Below are positions 63,155-64,000 of a stretch of DNA of 64,000 nt, in pieces. The notes beneath the pieces are model-generated. The model was not told where the DNA came from and made no database searches. It saw only the letters and a list, made by a program, of their open reading frames with translations. This DNA comes from Chiloscyllium plagiosum (lineage: Eukaryota): positions 34,845,537 through 34,909,536 of the forward strand of contig NC_057719.1 of the NCBI RefSeq assembly GCF_004010195.1. Reading direction: 5' to 3'. The stretch's first letter is position 1. Each line of letters starts with the position of its first letter. Made by a program: the position numbers and the translations under genes.

Positions 63155-64000
63155 TGTTATGAAGATGAGTGTACTGTACCTTTTTTAAGAGTTAAAAGCT
63201 CGCAGAACTACCTGACAGCAGTGTTCTGGACAAGATATAATGTAACATGTGGTTCAGTAGCTAGGGTAGCTGGTTGCCTGGAAACGACAAAACAGATTTG
63301 AATTCGGCCCAACAGTTTAAATTATACCCCCCCAAAAAAAAACAAAATTTCAATAAGTTTGAATTTAGTATGCTGACAATCTTTAAAAGCTAATGACACA
63401 ATCCAGTGCTTTGGGGATATACAACCGGAAAAATTGAGCAGTTGGGAGGAAAACTGCCAAGCCGCCAGCATCTGCAGACTACTTGGAGAATAGCTTTCTT
63501 TAAAAGTACCTTTTTATCAATCAGTGACTTGTGAAACAGAAATCCCTAAGAGCAAAAGCAGGAAGAGAAGATTAGACACCTGGCTGGTTTTGAAAACTGA
63601 AATTTTTGGTAGATCTTAATAGGTGGGTTTTATCAGAATAGTATTATAGAAGGGAAGGTAAAAGATAGGTTAGAGGAAGGAATTGTAAATAGTTGTTAGA
63701 TAATTATTCTCTGTTATACTTTAAGAAATGAAGTTGTTTGTTTTTACTTTAAATAGTTCTTGGCCTCAAGTTTTGCAGATTACTGCACGGGGATAAGTCT
63801 TGTGTTGCTGGTTTAAATTTAAGTGCGATGGTTTACCCCATATCTTAATAGTTTGGGAGCACATCGTCTCGGGATTTGAACTGGTTTAGACAGATTTTGA
63901 GGGTACGAAAATTCCCAGCAGATTTAAACACTTGCAAGTTAGTGTCCGAGATTTTTAAATAAAATGTAGGTGAGACAATTTGTTTAATTTTGGTGACTTG
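63155..64000 (+). mobile_element. Probable 5' LTR (63155-63850) plus degenerate tRNA-Pro-like PBS
   Basis: Starts TGTTATG, ends ..TAATA, followed by TTTGGGAGCACATCGTCTCGGGAT resembling TGGGGGCTCGTCCGGGAT. Confidence 0.45.

Noticed and set aside
1..64000. CRISPR arrays, operons or other prokaryotic systems
   Set aside because: Spliced vertebrate genes and vertebrate TEs throughout; no regularly spaced repeat-spacer array seen

Overview
Eukaryotic, repeat-rich vertebrate DNA. It is very probably from a shark (elasmobranch), inferred from HE1-type V-SINEs, CR1 LINEs and Penelope-like elements. Two genes lie head-to-head. (1) A complete 19-exon POLE2 (DNA polymerase epsilon subunit B) is on the minus strand: CDS 35947->7231, 1581 nt, 526 aa. 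Every splice junction is reconstructable, including one minor-spliceosome AT-AC intron, and a palindromic E2F site sits just upstream of the ATG. (2) The 5' part of KLHDC1 (kelch C-degron receptor) is on the plus strand. The most unusual observation is that KLHDC1 has two paralogous 96-nt coding first exons (39116-39211 and 47090-47185). Each has its own ATG and GTAAGT donor, and both are in phase with a single exon 2 (61060-61130). The second copy has a rich promoter and a rewired kelch blade-1 motif (ERSGH -> QENHH), suggesting promoter-switched isoforms with different pocket chemistry. The rest is decayed transposons. These include several Penelope-type elements carrying minimal type I hammerhead ribozyme motifs, some as tiny TSD-flanked fold-back elements. 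Exon coordinates were read by hand and homology was recalled from memory; no searches were run, and repeat boundaries are approximate.
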